This document shows positions 61,988 through 64,000 of a stretch of 64,000 bases of DNA, piece by piece. The translations under genes were made by a program, and so were the position numbers. The stretch comes from an uncultured virus (IMG/VR IMGVR_UViG_3300030102_006999) (taxonomy: Duplodnaviria > Heunggongvirae > Uroviricota > Caudoviricetes). The notes under the pieces are model-generated. The model did not search any database. It was not told the DNA's origin and worked only from the letters and a program-made list of their open reading frames with translations. Where the stretch lies: IMG/VR virus record IMGVR_UViG_3300030102_006999; one strand, given 5' to 3'. Every line of letters starts with the position of its first letter. Within the stretch, counting starts at the first letter, position 1.

Positions 61988-62260
61988 ATGAACTGGGACA
62001 AAATGACTCGTAATTTTCTATCAGAAAATTGGAATAAAGGCGCTTCTATTATGTCAAGAGCAAGAGCTATAAAAGAAGCTTTAGAGAGTTTGAAACCTAG
62101 AACTATTAAGGAAAGACAAAGAGTGGAGTTGGCTCTTGAAAATCTAACACACCTTCGAAGAGGTTACAGAAAGTTAGAAGAAAAAAATAGACTTTTAGAA
62201 GAAGAAAACAACTCTCTTAATGAAAGACTCTCTTTATTAGAAGAGAGCAAGGGAGAATAA
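61988..62260 (+). CDS. coiled-coil hypothetical protein
   Basis: MNWDKMTRNFLSE N-terminus; heptad C-terminus. Confidence 0.65.
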   Translation: MNWDKMTRNFLSENWNKGASIMSRARAIKEALESLKPRTIKERQRVELALENLTHLRRGYRKLEEKNRLLEEENNSLNERLSLLEESKGE

Positions 62261-62263
62261 TAG

Positions 62264-64000
62264 ATGATTTTATTAGAGGGAGGGGTAGGTGGACATATGT
62301 CTCACCTCTATGATAACCCACGATTAACATTTGCGACCATTAAAAAAATAATGCAAGCAGCGGCCGATGGAGAACTTCAAGGCACAGAAAAAACAGATGG
62401 GCAAAATTTATTTATTTCGTTTTCGGTTCCGGAACAAAAAGCTAAAGGTGCAAGAAATAAGTCAAATATTAAAGCAGGTGGTCTAGATGTTAAGGGGCTT
62501 GCCGCCAAATTTAAAGGCAAAGGACAACTAGAAAAAACGTTTTCAGAATCTCTTGCAGCGTTTGAAGATGTTGTAAAATCAATGCCAAAGGATCAGCAAG
62601 TAGAAATATTTGGACCAGATACTAATATATATTATAGTGCAGAAATCATTGACCCTAGATCTCAAAATGTTATCAGTTATGATACAAAAACTTTAGCTAT
62701 TCACAGAAACGGAGCCGAGTTTGACAAAGAAACCGGTGTTCCTGTAACGGTCGATATTGAAGATCCCAACTATCCGGGAAGTATTATACAGGCCCCTAAA
62801 GATGTAAGCAAAAATGCCGAACTTCTAGATAACTTATTGTCTGACAGACAAGACCAAATAAAAGAGAAAAATTATGGTGTTCAAATGGACGCCATTAAGA
62901 CTTTGCAAGCACTTGAAGACAAGACAGCTCTAAATACTGCACTTTCTGAACTGGAAAAAGAAATTAGTTCCGAGGGGATCTCTGATAATCAAACCGTGAT
63001 TAATTACGTCATGGCCAAACTGTCAAACTTTTTTACAGAAGAAGGCCTTCAGCTGCCAGTAGAACTTGAGAAAAAAGTTTTGGAAAAGATTTTATTAACA
63101 AATCCTTCTTATCGTTATGCCTATGGTTACCCGGAAAAGCTAGATAAAGAGTGGAATCTTGGTACAATGGCAAAAGGGCTACCAGCAGATCAAAAAGCTA
63201 AATTAAGAGATGTTATTGGTAGGTCAAAAGAAATTTTAGCCACGGCTATCCGCCCTATTGAAGAAATCATTCATGATTTCTCTGTTGAGATGATCCGAGG
63301 TTTGGAAAGTGTTTTTATTCTTGATAACCAACAAGAATTAGATAGACAAATCAATGATTTAAGAAAAGCAATCGATGCGATTGAGAAAACAGAACACCCA
63401 GTTGCTCTTGAATTTCTAAATAAACAAATGGAAAAATTAAAAAAAGTTGAAAATATTTCTTCCGCAGCAGAAGGATTTGTTTTTGATTATGATGGACACA
63501 CATATAAATTTACAGGAAACTTTGCTCCGATGAATCAATTGATGGGGCTTTTCAAATACGGCAGAAAAGATATTCCTGCTATGGAAAAAATAGAGGAAGA
63601 AGAAGAAGAAGTCAATGAGATTTTCGGAAATCGCACTAAAAAAGAAGCGGATATTAGTGTTGGAGATCTGGCTGGTTTTTCTTTTAATATAGAGCGTATT
63701 GGCGAATACATCGAAACCATAGAAAAAACATCCGGTGAGTTTGCAAAAATGCATCTTGAAGCTCTAATAAAAGTTTACGAAGAAAATATAGACCCAATGA
63801 TTTCTAGATTAATGATCGCGCAAAGCCAAATGGAGAAAGGTACTCACACCTTAAATCCTTCAGTTATTGAAAAAGTGGGAACTTATAAAAACTTATACAT
63901 AGTTTCATGGGATAGCGAAGCCGATTTGGTTAGGCAACTTTTGGAAACGGCCCATAACCTTAGAAACAAAGCCTTGGGAGCTTACAAAAAATACAGAAAT
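62264..64000 (+). CDS. 3'-truncated ligase-type covalent nucleotidyltransferase-like protein (absent from ORF track, runs off window)
   Basis: MILLEGGVGGHMSH..., EKTDGQN (KxDG motif I), AEII, AEGFVF (motif IV), YKFTG; GGGAG RBS. Confidence 0.7.
   Translation, partial: MILLEGGVGGHMSHLYDNPRLTFATIKKIMQAAADGELQGTEKTDGQNLFISFSVPEQKAKGARNKSNIKAGGLDVKGLAAKFKGKGQLEKTFSESLAAFEDVVKSMPKDQQVEIFGPDTNIYYSAEIIDPRSQNVISYDTKTLAIHRNGAEFDKETGVPVTVDIEDPNYPGSIIQAPKDVSKNAELLDNLLSDRQDQIKEKNYGVQMDAIKTLQALEDKTALNTALSELEKEISSEGISDNQTVINYVMAKLSNFFTEEGLQLPVELEKKVLEKILLTNPSYRYAYGYPEKLDKEWNLGTMAKGLPADQKAKLRDVIGRSKEILATAIRPIEEIIHDFSVEMIRGLESVFILDNQQELDRQINDLRKAIDAIEKTEHPVALEFLNKQMEKLKKVENISSAAEGFVFDYDGHTYKFTGNFAPMNQLMGLFKYGRKDIPAMEKIEEEEEEVNEIFGNRTKKEADISVGDLAGFSFNIERIGEYIETIEKTSGEFAKMHLEALIKVYEENIDPMISRLMIAQSQMEKGTHTLNPSVIEKVGTYKNLYIVSWDSEADLVRQLLETAHNLRNKALGAYKKYRN

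Overview
64 kb of a large dsDNA tailed bacteriophage (jumbo-phage-like), from a scaffold with four 10-N gaps. Genes are densely packed and almost all on the + strand. (1) 1-23.5 kb is replication, nucleotide and proteostasis genes: DnaE-type Pol III alpha, PurA, Smr, Dam-like MTase, dUTPase, GuaB, ClpP, GroEL, PMM and a Pol-beta nucleotidyltransferase. (2) 23.5-43.6 kb is an early/host-takeover-type region of small ORFs. It is partitioned into cassettes by 13 copies of an invariantly spaced 55-bp element (TTGACA-N5-TTGACA-N9-T[T/A]GAC[A/T/G]-N17-TA[T/A]A[A/T]T) and is filled with about 20 divergent paralogues of one small beta-barrel-like family, plus a MoxR ATPase/VWA-peptidase pair. (3) 43.6-64 kb holds UvsE, tmRNA, tRNA-Ala(UGC), GGCT, CYTH, an amidoligase, a ligase-like protein, and many putative virion-internal proteins. 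These follow a second motif (ACTA[T/A/C]TTA, a candidate late promoter) and share capsid-targeting-like N-termini. Unannotated small ORFs read by hand include an ArfA-like peptide, an SSB-C-terminal-tail mimic, a 24-aa/10-Cys metallothionein-like peptide abutting tmRNA, and a single leaderless minus-strand membrane peptide. Smr, the ArfA-like peptide, an S4-like protein, tmRNA, tRNA-Ala(UGC) and ClpP together suggest a phage-encoded ribosome-rescue toolkit. All protein calls come from motif recognition by eye; no database search was run.
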